DNA of 64,000 nucleotides from an uncultured bacterium (GTDB lineage Bacteria > Oederibacteriota > PGYV01 > CAWJRG01), in assembly GCA_963845185.1 (NCBI GenBank), contig CAWJRG010000009.1, positions 448,001-512,000 of the forward strand. The letters run 5' to 3'. The first letter of the stretch is position 1, and each line of letters begins with the position of its first letter. Of the stretch, positions 1-9,508 are shown piece by piece. The position numbers were made by a program, and so were the translations under genes. Below the pieces are notes generated by a model. That model had not been told where the DNA came from and made no database searches. It saw only the letters and a list, made by a program, of their open reading frames with translations.

Positions 1-1
1 A

Positions 2-385
2 GTAATAGCTGGTGAAAAAAATCTGTGTGAGGAATGCCCCAGGGTCAAAACTTCAGAAAAAAAAGTAAAGAAATTTTTCAGGCCACATGAAATAATACCT
101 GATAAGGAAAAATGCCTGCTTGAGCAGGGCATAATCTGTAACGGCCCGGCGACAAGGAGCGGATGCGGGTCCAGGTGTATACTGGCGAACATGCCGTGCA
201 GGGGATGCTTTGGGCCGGCAAAAGACGTCATTGACATGGGCGCAAAAATGCTCTCGGCTGTCGCTTCGGTTATTGATGCAGATACGCCGGAAGAAGTCGC
301 AAGAATTACTGAAGATATACGGGATGTAGACGGGACTTTTTACAGGTTTAACCTGCCTGTGTCTTTGCTCAGGAGGGCAAAATAA
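2..385 (+). CDS. mvhG: [NiFe]-hydrogenase group 3c small subunit (MvhG-like), 5'-truncated by window edge
   Basis: Frame open from base 2: LCEECPR...KCLLEQGIICNGPATRSGCGSRCILANMPCRGCFGP, the C-terminal FeS ligands of MvhG/VhuG; stop overlaps the next start (TAATG). Confidence 0.85.
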   Translation, partial: VIAGEKNLCEECPRVKTSEKKVKKFFRPHEIIPDKEKCLLEQGIICNGPATRSGCGSRCILANMPCRGCFGPAKDVIDMGAKMLSAVASVIDADTPEEVARITEDIRDVDGTFYRFNLPVSLLRRAK

Positions 386-1848
386 TGAAAAAAATAACCA
401 TAGACCCGATAACCAGGCTTGAAGGCCACGGTAAAATAGAAATTTTCCTGAATGATTCAGGCAAAGTGGAAAATGCGTATTTGCAGGTGCCTGAGCTCAG
501 GGGCTTTGAAAAATTCTGCGAGGGCAGGCCGGTCGAGGAACTGCCAAGGATAGTGCCGAAAATCTGCGGGGTATGCCCCGGAGTGCATCACATGGCAAGT
601 ACCAAGGCAGTTGACGCTGTTTATAAGGTAACCCCTCCAGCGCCGGCAATAAAACTGCGCAGGCTTTTTTACGAGGCGCACAGCATACACTCGCATATAG
701 CGCATTTTTACGCGCTTGCAGCGCCTGATTTTGTGGTCGGGCCACAGGCTGACAAGTCGAAAAGGAATATTTTAGGCGTCATTGAAAAAGTTGGGCTTGC
801 GACAGGCAAGGCAGTTATTGAAGCCCGTTCAAAGGCGCAGAAAATACAGGCAATACTTTCCGGGCACCAGACGCATGTCGTTATGGGTCTTCCGGGAGGA
901 GTGTCAAAGGGGCTGAACAAGGAAGAGGTTGCCCAGATACAAAAGTGGGCATTAGAGCTCCTGGAATTCGCGAAGGTGACAATAAAGATATTTGACGACG
1001 TTGTATTAAAGAACAAGGAATATGTTGACCTGATTTTAAGCGAGCCTTTTAAGCTTGTGACAAATTACATGGGAGTTGTGGACGAAAATAATAAAATGAA
1101 CATGTATGACGGCAAGGTGAGGGTAGTCGACTCCACAGGCAATGAATTGTATAAATTTTCTCCGCCCGAATATCTCGAATATATAGCCGAGCATACCGAG
1201 CCGTGGACATATCTGAAATTTCCGTATTTAAAGAAAAGAGGATGGAAAGGACTTGTTGACGGGCCTGACTCATCTTTCGCGACAGTCGCGCCTCTCGGCA
1301 GGCTGAACGCTGCTGACGGCATGGCGACCCCGCTTGCGCAGGAGCAGTATGAAAAAATGTACAAGACTTTAGGCGGCAAGCCCGCGCACCAGGTACTTGC
1401 GCAGCACTGGGCAAGGGTAATTGAGCTGCTTTATTTCTGCGAGCACCTTGTGGAGCTAAGCAATGACCTGGAAATATTATCGGATAATATCAGGCTTATA
1501 CCGACAGCCACACCATCAGAGGGAGTAGGCATTGTTGAGGCACAGAGAGGGACTTTAATCCACCATTATAAAACCGATGAAAAGGGAATGGTGCAGAAGG
1601 TAAATATTATTGTAGCCACTTCCTTTAACTATGGCGCAATGAACATGGTTATAAGGAAAGCTGCAAAGGCGCTTGTCGAAAAGGCAGGCAAGGTGACTGA
1701 CGGCATTTTAAACATGGTAGAGATGGCCTTCAGGACATATGACCCGTGTTTTGGCTGCGCCACGCATTCGCTTCCGGGCGAGATGCCGCTGATTGTGACT
1801 GTACGCGATTATGAAGGAAAAATTATTGACACTATCAGAAGGGACTAA
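385..1848 (+). CDS. mvhA: [NiFe]-hydrogenase group 3c large subunit (MvhA-like)
   Basis: IDPITRLEGHG N-terminus, L1 ICGVC and L2 DPCFGCATH Ni-binding motifs, cleavable C-terminal extension; coupled to mvhG. Confidence 0.88.
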   Translation: MKKITIDPITRLEGHGKIEIFLNDSGKVENAYLQVPELRGFEKFCEGRPVEELPRIVPKICGVCPGVHHMASTKAVDAVYKVTPPAPAIKLRRLFYEAHSIHSHIAHFYALAAPDFVVGPQADKSKRNILGVIEKVGLATGKAVIEARSKAQKIQAILSGHQTHVVMGLPGGVSKGLNKEEVAQIQKWALELLEFAKVTIKIFDDVVLKNKEYVDLILSEPFKLVTNYMGVVDENNKMNMYDGKVRVVDSTGNELYKFSPPEYLEYIAEHTEPWTYLKFPYLKKRGWKGLVDGPDSSFATVAPLGRLNAADGMATPLAQEQYEKMYKTLGGKPAHQVLAQHWARVIELLYFCEHLVELSNDLEILSDNIRLIPTATPSEGVGIVEAQRGTLIHHYKTDEKGMVQKVNIIVATSFNYGAMNMVIRKAAKALVEKAGKVTDGILNMVEMAFRTYDPCFGCATHSLPGEMPLIVTVRDYEGKIIDTIRRD

Positions 1849-1875
1849 AGTTAATAATATTATATTGAGGGGAAC

Positions 1876-2373
1876 ATGGCAAGAAAGGCAACAATCAAAA
1901 ATCACAAACGGATTTTAATACTTGGAATGGGTAATTCAATATTGTCCGACGACGCTATCGGGCTTATTGTCGCCAAAAAAGTTTATGAAAGGCTCGGAAC
2001 CTTGAATTCAAAGCTCGGCACAGTATCCCTGCAACTTGCCGAAACAGGCGGGATGAACCTTATTGATATAATCCGTGGTTACGACAGGTTGATAGTCATT
2101 GATTCAGTAAAAACAGGGAGGTTTAAACCAGGGGAAGTTATTGAAATTGACGCCAGAGGTGTTATAGGTTCTCACAGGATGCTCTCGTCTCATGACATAA
2201 GCCTTTTTGAAGCGATAAGGTTAGGTAACCAGCTTGCGGTACATATGCCGGAAAAAGTCAAGATATACGGTATAGAAATTATAAATAATACAGATTTCGG
2301 GGATAAGCTTACAGAGGAGCTCGAAGAAAAACTTGATGATATAACAAATAAAATTGCAAAGCAATTTTGTTAA
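1876..2373 (+). CDS. Hydrogenase maturation endopeptidase (HycI/HybD family)
   Basis: ILILGMGNSILSDDAIG, LIVIDSV and SSHD motifs; directly after the large subunit; SD GAGGGG. Confidence 0.9.
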   Translation: MARKATIKNHKRILILGMGNSILSDDAIGLIVAKKVYERLGTLNSKLGTVSLQLAETGGMNLIDIIRGYDRLIVIDSVKTGRFKPGEVIEIDARGVIGSHRMLSSHDISLFEAIRLGNQLAVHMPEKVKIYGIEIINNTDFGDKLTEELEEKLDDITNKIAKQFC

Positions 2374-2614
2374 AGTTATTTATAAAAGCCAGCTTGAAAT
2401 CAAATCTACTTCAATCGCCATTACGATAATCAAAAATTTCTTAAAAATATATTTTATTAGTGTAAAAATATATTTTTTTTAGTTTTGATTACTGTTAGGA
2501 TATACAAAACTAAAAATAATTGAATTGCTTTTCTCAATTTTTAATACATATTGATTCTAATTTTAACATAATATCTACAAAACTAGGATATCTAAAAATA
2601 AATTAACAAAAATC

Positions 2615-2643
2615 TTGACAAACCTAAAAAGATTTTGTATACT
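2615..2643 (+). promoter_or_regulatory. Sigma70-type promoter of giant protein A
   Basis: TTGACA-N17-TATACT. It overlaps the ORF-track TTG at 2635, so the true start is probably ATG 2713 (SD GGAG). Confidence 0.7.
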
Positions 2644-2712
2644 TCCAAGGCAAGCAAAAATCAGGCTGTTGTTTTTAAAGCCGCAAGGCATAAAATAAAA
2701 ATTGGAGCAGGG

Positions 2713-5700
2713 ATGGATAAAATAGTAAGGATTGGCAATAAAAAGGAGTCTTTGCGAAAAATAAAACTTTATGCTCTTATTATAATTCCTGTCTTATTTT
2801 TCTTTTCATTAAACGCCTATTCAGACGATTCCTTAAACGTTGATGCACTTACAGTTCCAAGCACATCGGCAGTAGGCCAAACAATAACAGTCATAATGAA
2901 TGTACAAGACAATGGCGATGGGCATGGATTAAATAATGTATCGCCAGGCACTCTCAAACTTACTAACAGTACTGGCAACGTAACCTTTGTGCAAGTACAA
3001 CCAACTTTAATTAGCAATATCCCGGCATATGCACATCAATTTTTTACTTTTATATATAATGCAACATATGGAGGCACGATTGAATTTACAAACGATACTT
3101 TACCAAGCGGGTATGATGCATCCGATAATGATCCAGTTACTGCCTTAAATCCCCAAACCAGCACACAGATAATAATAGATGACACATTAACAATTGCCAG
3201 TATGAACGCGAGCCCTGCTACAGTAAGCCTGGGCCAGATAATAACAGTTATAATGACCTTGTCTGATACCGGTAGTAATGGTTTAAATACTGTATCACCA
3301 GGCGATCTTGCGCTTACAAACATATTCGGCGGTGGCAACGTTACTTCTATTGACGTGCAACCATCTACAATTTTATCAATGGCGCCAAACAGCTCAGGCG
3401 CATTTACTTTCACATATAACGCGACAGGCGCCGGCTCTTTTCAATTTATAAACAACACAATACCCAACGCTACTGCCCCATATACCGATGATACAGTTTA
3501 TGCCTCTAACAGCCCATTAAGCAATCAGGAGATAATACAAACGCCTGCGTCGCTTCTGGTAAGCGGCATAACTGCACCGGCAGCAATTGCAGTAGGCCAG
3601 ACAATAAGCGTTGCCATAACAGTGCAGAATACGGGCCAGGCCGGAGCAACTGGAGTACTGCCGAACCCGCCGGTCTTAAGCGGGTTAACCGGCGCAATAA
3701 CCCCGGTGTCGACCCCTGTAGCGCAGAATATAGCAGGAGGAAGCAGCGCGACATTCACATATACATATTCGGCAAACAGCCCGGCATCAGTCATATTTTA
3801 TACAAACGGCGGCATCAGCGGTAAGGACGCGAATTCCGGAATTGACGCGGGCTGGACAGACACTGGATATAATGCAGAAACAATAATAGAAGCGACGCTG
3901 GGTGAACTTATTGTGAATTCGAATGCTGATTACAATGACGGCATGTACGGTAATGGGCATGACACTTTAAGGGAATGTATGGCCATAGCGGAATCGCTGT
4001 CAACGGCAACGACAATACATTTTTCCCCTTCCATAGCAAATACAACCATAACTTTAACCAACGGCAGCTTGCCTCATATTGCCAATGCCAGCGCGCCGGT
4101 AATAATTGACGGCGGGAACAATAACATAACAATAAATGGAAACAGCAATAATATTTTTTATATAAGTTCTTCAAACGGCAATAAAATACTAAACCTGTCA
4201 ATGATAAACGGGGCTTTTGGCGTTTATATAATTAACGGTAACAGCAATCTGGTGTCAGGGTGCAGGATAGGAATTGACTGGAATGGTAATGTTGCAGGAA
4301 ACAATTACGGCATATTTATTGTAAATGCTTCGGGGAATACAATAGGCGGCGACGCAATACCAGGCAGTAGCGGCGGTACGGTTTACGGCAACGTAATTTC
4401 AAACAGCGTAAATGACGGCATACTTATGACAGGCTCTTCATATAATATGGTGCTCAGCAATTTCATTGGCACTGACGCGTCAGGCACAGTGGCTGACCCG
4501 AACGGCAGCAACGGTATACATATAACGGGTGGGTCCTATTATAACTCCATTGGATATAATAATTCCGGGAACCTTATATCGGGCAATAACGGGAATGGAA
4601 TCCAGATAGACAGCTCCAGTTATGAAAACGGCGTGTTCGGCAACGTTATAGGCTGTAATGTTTATGTGCTTACGGGAAATAAAGCACTTTCTGCAGCCAT
4701 ATCAAATAACGATAACGGCATTGAAATAACAGGCATAGACGCACATGACGCAGGCAAGGATTATACAGCCATAGGCAGTTATAATCCGCTGGAAGGCAAC
4801 GGCACCCAGGGCAGCGGCAAATACGACCAGCCGGGCAATACAATAGCCGCGAACGCGCAAAACGGCATATATGTTACAAATTATTCATCATCGGCTTATA
4901 TCGGTAACAACTCAATAGGATTAATCTTCGGGAACACGAGCGCGGGCAACGGCCTGAACGGGATATTAATTGATTATAATTCCAATAACAGCTACATAGT
5001 ATCAAACCTCATAAGCGGTCATACCGGGGGTTCGGGGATTGGAACTTCCAGCGCGAATAATTGTTATATATACCAGAATATTGTGGGGCTCGATTCGACA
5101 TTGAGCAATGCAAAGCCAAATACTGTTGGGATGGATATCAAGACTTCATCATATATATACGTCGGGCAGCAGGGCAGCCCATCATCGGGCAATGTCATAG
5201 CCGCAAATACAAACCAGGGCATTCTGCTTGACGGAGGCAATTACAACGAAATATATGGCAATTATATAGGCACAAACTTAAGCCTGAATGCCAGTCTTGG
5301 CAACGCGGAAGGCATTGCAATAATAGACAACGCGACGTTTAATGAAGTGGGAGGAAGCGTTGGTTCTGGCGATGAAAACTATATAATGGATAACAGCGTA
5401 AACGGGGTACAGATAGGCAGCGGCACAACAGACAGCACTGGAAGCAATTTTATCAATTCAAATTATATCACCAATAATAACGGTCTTGGAATCGACCTGG
5501 GCAATGACGGAATAACGGTTAATGGCTTATACACATTCCCAACAGCCGGAGGGCCCAATGGATGGGCGTATTATCCGACGATTACCAATGCATATATGGC
5601 AGACAGCAATACGCTGCATGTCGACGGAATTACAAATATTACAGATAGTTTAGAAGTAGGAGTTGTTATAGGGGTTTCAGACAATGACGGGCAGCAGGGC

Positions 5701-6657
5701 TCGGACAGCGTGAACCACGGCGAGTGCCCAATGCCGATTGCGTATGTGACGGGAATAACAGGCGGTCAATTTCATGTGGACATAGATACAAGCGCGCTCC
5801 CGACTCCTGATTTGGGAGGCTATGAGCTTACAAGTTATAATATCAGCACTTACGGTTCTTCGGAATTCTCGGCAAATGCGAGTGTATTCGCGGCAGAGCC
5901 GTCACTGACAGCTACAACAACTTACACAGTGACACAGACTTCGACATTTACAGTAACAGTAACATACACAATTACTCCGACAATTACACCTATGTGCGCA
6001 TGTGTGACTACCCAGCATTGCTTTACCGTGGAAAATCCGGCGGATCCGGGCTACGTGGCGCCTGCGTATGAATATGATTTTGAGAATAACTTAAATGACA
6101 GCCTTGGCGGGTTGAACGCGGTGGCTAACGGGACCTTAAAATACGATACAGGAATGCCGGGAAAGTCAGTTGGAGGGTTCTTGCTCAACAGCGCATTTTT
6201 TTCGCTGTGCCCGTGCCAGTTAAGGCAGAAGGACTGCGTAATAGACTGGGATGAATACATAGACCCTGCGCAGGACGCAATTCTGTACCAGGGCAATCAG
6301 TACGGGCCTGCGATACTGGACGCAGTGCTCGGGCAGGGAGTCAGCGGAGACACAAGTTCAAAAGGCATAGCAGTGTTCCTTGACGAAGACGGCTCAAATC
6401 CAAATTACGCGTCGATAAGGGTGGGATACACGTTAAATTATAATAACGGGGCCAACAATATGGCGGTAGGAGGGCTGACTTCGGCAGGCTGGTATAATAT
6501 AAGGGTAAGCTGGACAGGAGCGCAAGGGGAAGGAAGCGGCTGGGGCACAACAGGAGCAGTAAAGCTTGTTGTGGTGAAAGACAGCGTAGGGATGGTGGGC
6601 GAGCAGGACAGCCCGGCTGATCAGCCGAATATATTTTGGCGCAAATGCAGGCGGTGA
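2713..6657 (+). CDS. Giant secreted surface protein A, N-terminal part (signal peptide, 3 Ig-like repeats, CSLREA-like/parallel beta-helix domain, first LamG-like module); frameshifted into 6680-12649
   Basis: Signal peptide ...LFFFSLNAYS; three VGQTITV...FTFTYNA repeats; TLRECMAIA then GNxIG/GNxISxN beta-helix repeats; ends mid-domain at an extra A at 6628-6629. Confidence 0.75.
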   Translation: MDKIVRIGNKKESLRKIKLYALIIIPVLFFFSLNAYSDDSLNVDALTVPSTSAVGQTITVIMNVQDNGDGHGLNNVSPGTLKLTNSTGNVTFVQVQPTLISNIPAYAHQFFTFIYNATYGGTIEFTNDTLPSGYDASDNDPVTALNPQTSTQIIIDDTLTIASMNASPATVSLGQIITVIMTLSDTGSNGLNTVSPGDLALTNIFGGGNVTSIDVQPSTILSMAPNSSGAFTFTYNATGAGSFQFINNTIPNATAPYTDDTVYASNSPLSNQEIIQTPASLLVSGITAPAAIAVGQTISVAITVQNTGQAGATGVLPNPPVLSGLTGAITPVSTPVAQNIAGGSSATFTYTYSANSPASVIFYTNGGISGKDANSGIDAGWTDTGYNAETIIEATLGELIVNSNADYNDGMYGNGHDTLRECMAIAESLSTATTIHFSPSIANTTITLTNGSLPHIANASAPVIIDGGNNNITINGNSNNIFYISSSNGNKILNLSMINGAFGVYIINGNSNLVSGCRIGIDWNGNVAGNNYGIFIVNASGNTIGGDAIPGSSGGTVYGNVISNSVNDGILMTGSSYNMVLSNFIGTDASGTVADPNGSNGIHITGGSYYNSIGYNNSGNLISGNNGNGIQIDSSSYENGVFGNVIGCNVYVLTGNKALSAAISNNDNGIEITGIDAHDAGKDYTAIGSYNPLEGNGTQGSGKYDQPGNTIAANAQNGIYVTNYSSSAYIGNNSIGLIFGNTSAGNGLNGILIDYNSNNSYIVSNLISGHTGGSGIGTSSANNCYIYQNIVGLDSTLSNAKPNTVGMDIKTSSYIYVGQQGSPSSGNVIAANTNQGILLDGGNYNEIYGNYIGTNLSLNASLGNAEGIAIIDNATFNEVGGSVGSGDENYIMDNSVNGVQIGSGTTDSTGSNFINSNYITNNNGLGIDLGNDGITVNGLYTFPTAGGPNGWAYYPTITNAYMADSNTLHVDGITNITDSLEVGVVIGVSDNDGQQGSDSVNHGECPMPIAYVTGITGGQFHVDIDTSALPTPDLGGYELTSYNISTYGSSEFSANASVFAAEPSLTATTTYTVTQTSTFTVTVTYTITPTITPMCACVTTQHCFTVENPADPGYVAPAYEYDFENNLNDSLGGLNAVANGTLKYDTGMPGKSVGGFLLNSAFFSLCPCQLRQKDCVIDWDEYIDPAQDAILYQGNQYGPAILDAVLGQGVSGDTSSKGIAVFLDEDGSNPNYASIRVGYTLNYNNGANNMAVGGLTSAGWYNIRVSWTGAQGEGSGWGTTGAVKLVVVKDSVGMVGEQDSPADQPNIFWRKCRR

Positions 6658-9508
6658 GGCGGTAAATATAGGTACAGACATGGGCGAGAGCAATTTTATA
6701 TACGGGGACATAGACAATTTAAAGATATGGAACTGCGTGAACGAAATAATGCCGACAGGGACAGTAACTCCTACAAATACAATGACGCAGACAATAACAG
6801 GGACAACCACGGCGACGCTGACAGGGACAATAACAAAAACGCTGACAGTAACGCCAGTAGTATCGGCTACGGTTACGCCCACAATGACGTATACAACAAC
6901 ACCTACAATAACGCCCATGTGCGTTTGTGTGAGCAGCCAGAGCTGTTTCACTGTGGAAGACCCGGGAGACCCAAGCTACGTGCCGCCCGCATACCAATAT
7001 AATTTCGACAACAACTTGAATGACAGTTTTGGCGGGTTAAATGCCGTGGCTAACGGGAACCTGATATTTGATACTGGAGAATCTGGAAATTCAGGGGATT
7101 ATTCAGTAGGAGGGTTCCTGGCCAACAGCGCATGGCTGTCTTTGTGCCCGTGCCAGTTAAGGCAGAAGGACTGCGCGATAGAATGGGATGAATACATAGA
7201 CCCTGTGCAGGACGCAATTCTGTACCAGGGCAATCAGTACGGGCCGACGATACTGGACGCAGTGCTCGGTCAGGGACTAGATGGGAATTCAAAAGGCATA
7301 GGTGTGTTCCTTGACGAAGACGGCACGAATCCGAACTATGCGTCGATATGGATGGGATATGATTTAAATTCCACGGACCAGGCGTATTTGATGTGGGTGG
7401 GAGGGATGACTACGGCAGGCTGGTATAATATAAGGGTAAGCTGGACAGGGGCGACAGGTGAAGGAAGCGGATGGGGCACAACAGGGGCGGTAAAGCTTGT
7501 TGTTGTGCAGGACGGAGTTGGGCTCGTAGGAGAAGAGGACAGCCCGCCTGACGCGCCTATATATTTCGGGCAGGATGTGGGTGGTAACTATGTAAATATA
7601 GGGACAAGCGACCAGAGCAGTTTTATATACGGGGACATAGACAACTTAAAAATATGGAACTGCATGAACGAGATAATGCCGACAGGCACAATAACCCCGA
7701 CAAACACAATTACGCCGACAGTAACAGTGACAACCACGGCAACAAAGACAAATACGATAACAAAAACTCCGACAAGAACAACTATAGTATCGGCTACAGC
7801 TTCGCCTACAATGACGTACACGGTTACCGAGACTGTAACTCCCATGTGCGCATGCGTGACTGCCCAGCATTGCTTCACGTTGGAAAACCCGTCTGATCCG
7901 AGTTATGTACCTCCCGCATATCAATATAATTTCGATAATAATTTATTAGACAGCTTTGGAGGGCTGAACGCGGTGGGCAATGGGCCTCTGATTTACGGCA
8001 CGGGGATGCCGGGGTCTGCAATAGGAGGATTTGTCAATGGAGGCTGGCTGTCACTGTGCCCGTGCCAGTTAAGGCAGAAGGATTGCGCTATAGAATGGGA
8101 TGAATACATAGACCCTGCGTATGACGCAAGCCACTATGGAAGCCAGTACGGGCCTGCTATACTAGACGCAGTGCTCGGGCAGGGAGTCGGTTCAGATTCA
8201 AGCTCAAAAGGCATAGGAGTATTCCTTGACGAAGACGGCTCAAATCCGAATTACGCAAAAATAAGGCTAGGATATTCGTTAAATTCCGACAGCGGTATAT
8301 ATATTATGCAGATAGGAGGGATTGCCGCTACAGGCTGGTATAATATAAGGGTAAGCTGGACAGGAGCGACAGGCGAAGGAAGCGGCTGGGGCACGACAGG
8401 CGCGGTAAAGCTTGTTGTTGTACAGGACGGCGTTGGTCTGGTCGGGGAGCAGGACAGCCCGGCTGATCAGCAGTTATATTTTGGCACGGACATGGCAAAT
8501 GAAGGGGTAAATATAGGGACAGACATGGTCGAGAGCAATTTTATAAACGGGTACATAGACAATTTAAAGATATGGAACTGCATGAACGAAATACTGCCGA
8601 CAGGCACAATAACCCCGACAAATACAGTTACACCGACAGTAACCGGAACATATACATTAACGCTGACAAGCACAACAACACAAACTTCAACACTGACACC
8701 TATAGTTTCTCCCACATCTACGCCGACAGTTACATATACATTTACACCGACCGCAACGCCTATGTGTATGTGCGTTAGCAGTCAGAGTTGTTTCACTGTG
8801 GAGGACCCGGGAAACCCGAGTTACATGCCGCCGGCGTATCAATATAATTTTGACAATAACTTTAACGACAGCTTTGGCGGGTTGAATGCCGTGGCTAACG
8901 GGAACCTGATATTTGATGCTGGAGAATCTGGAAATTCAGGGGATTATTCAGTAGGAGGGTTCTTAACCAACAGCGCATGGCTGTCGCTGTGCCCATGCCA
9001 GTTAAGGCAGAAGGACTGCGCGATAGAATGGGATGAATACATAGACCCTGCGTATGATGCGGGTTATTATACAAGCCAGTACGGGCCGGCGATACTTGAC
9101 GCAGTGCTCGGTCAGGGCCTGGGTGGAGATTCAAAAGGCATAGCAGTGTTCCTTGATGAAGACGGCACGAATCCGAATAACGCGTCAATAAGGGTTGGAT
9201 ACGATTTAAATGGCCAGGGCTCTGCATATAATATGTGGGTGGGAGGTTTGGCTACGGCAGGCTGGTATAATATAAGGATAAGCTGGACAGGGGCGACAGG
9301 CGAAGGAAGCGGCTGGGGCACGACAGGGGCAGTAAAGCTTGTTGTGGTGCAGGACGGAGTTGGGCTGGTAGGAGAAGAGGACAGCCCGCCAGAGGACCTG
9401 ATATATTTCGGGCAGGATGTTGGCGGGAACTATGTAAATATAGGGACAGACGGCACTTATAGCAATTTTATACACGGAGACATAGACAACTTAAAGATAT
9501 GGAACTGC
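5992..9508 (+). repeat. Four tandem ~925-bp coding modules (Cys-rich LamG/concanavalin-like domain plus Thr-rich linker)
   Basis: MCxCVxxQxCFTxExPxxP...LCPCQLRQKDC...GWYNIRxSWTGA...IDNLKIWNC at ~5992, 6917, 7843 and 8762. Confidence 0.85.

Noticed and set aside
2635..2712. ORF-track start of giant A at TTG 2635 (likewise starts at 14739, 18565, 28283, 50262, 61052)
   Set aside because: These overlap promoter boxes or upstream genes, or lack an SD; downstream starts give better SD or signal-peptide context.
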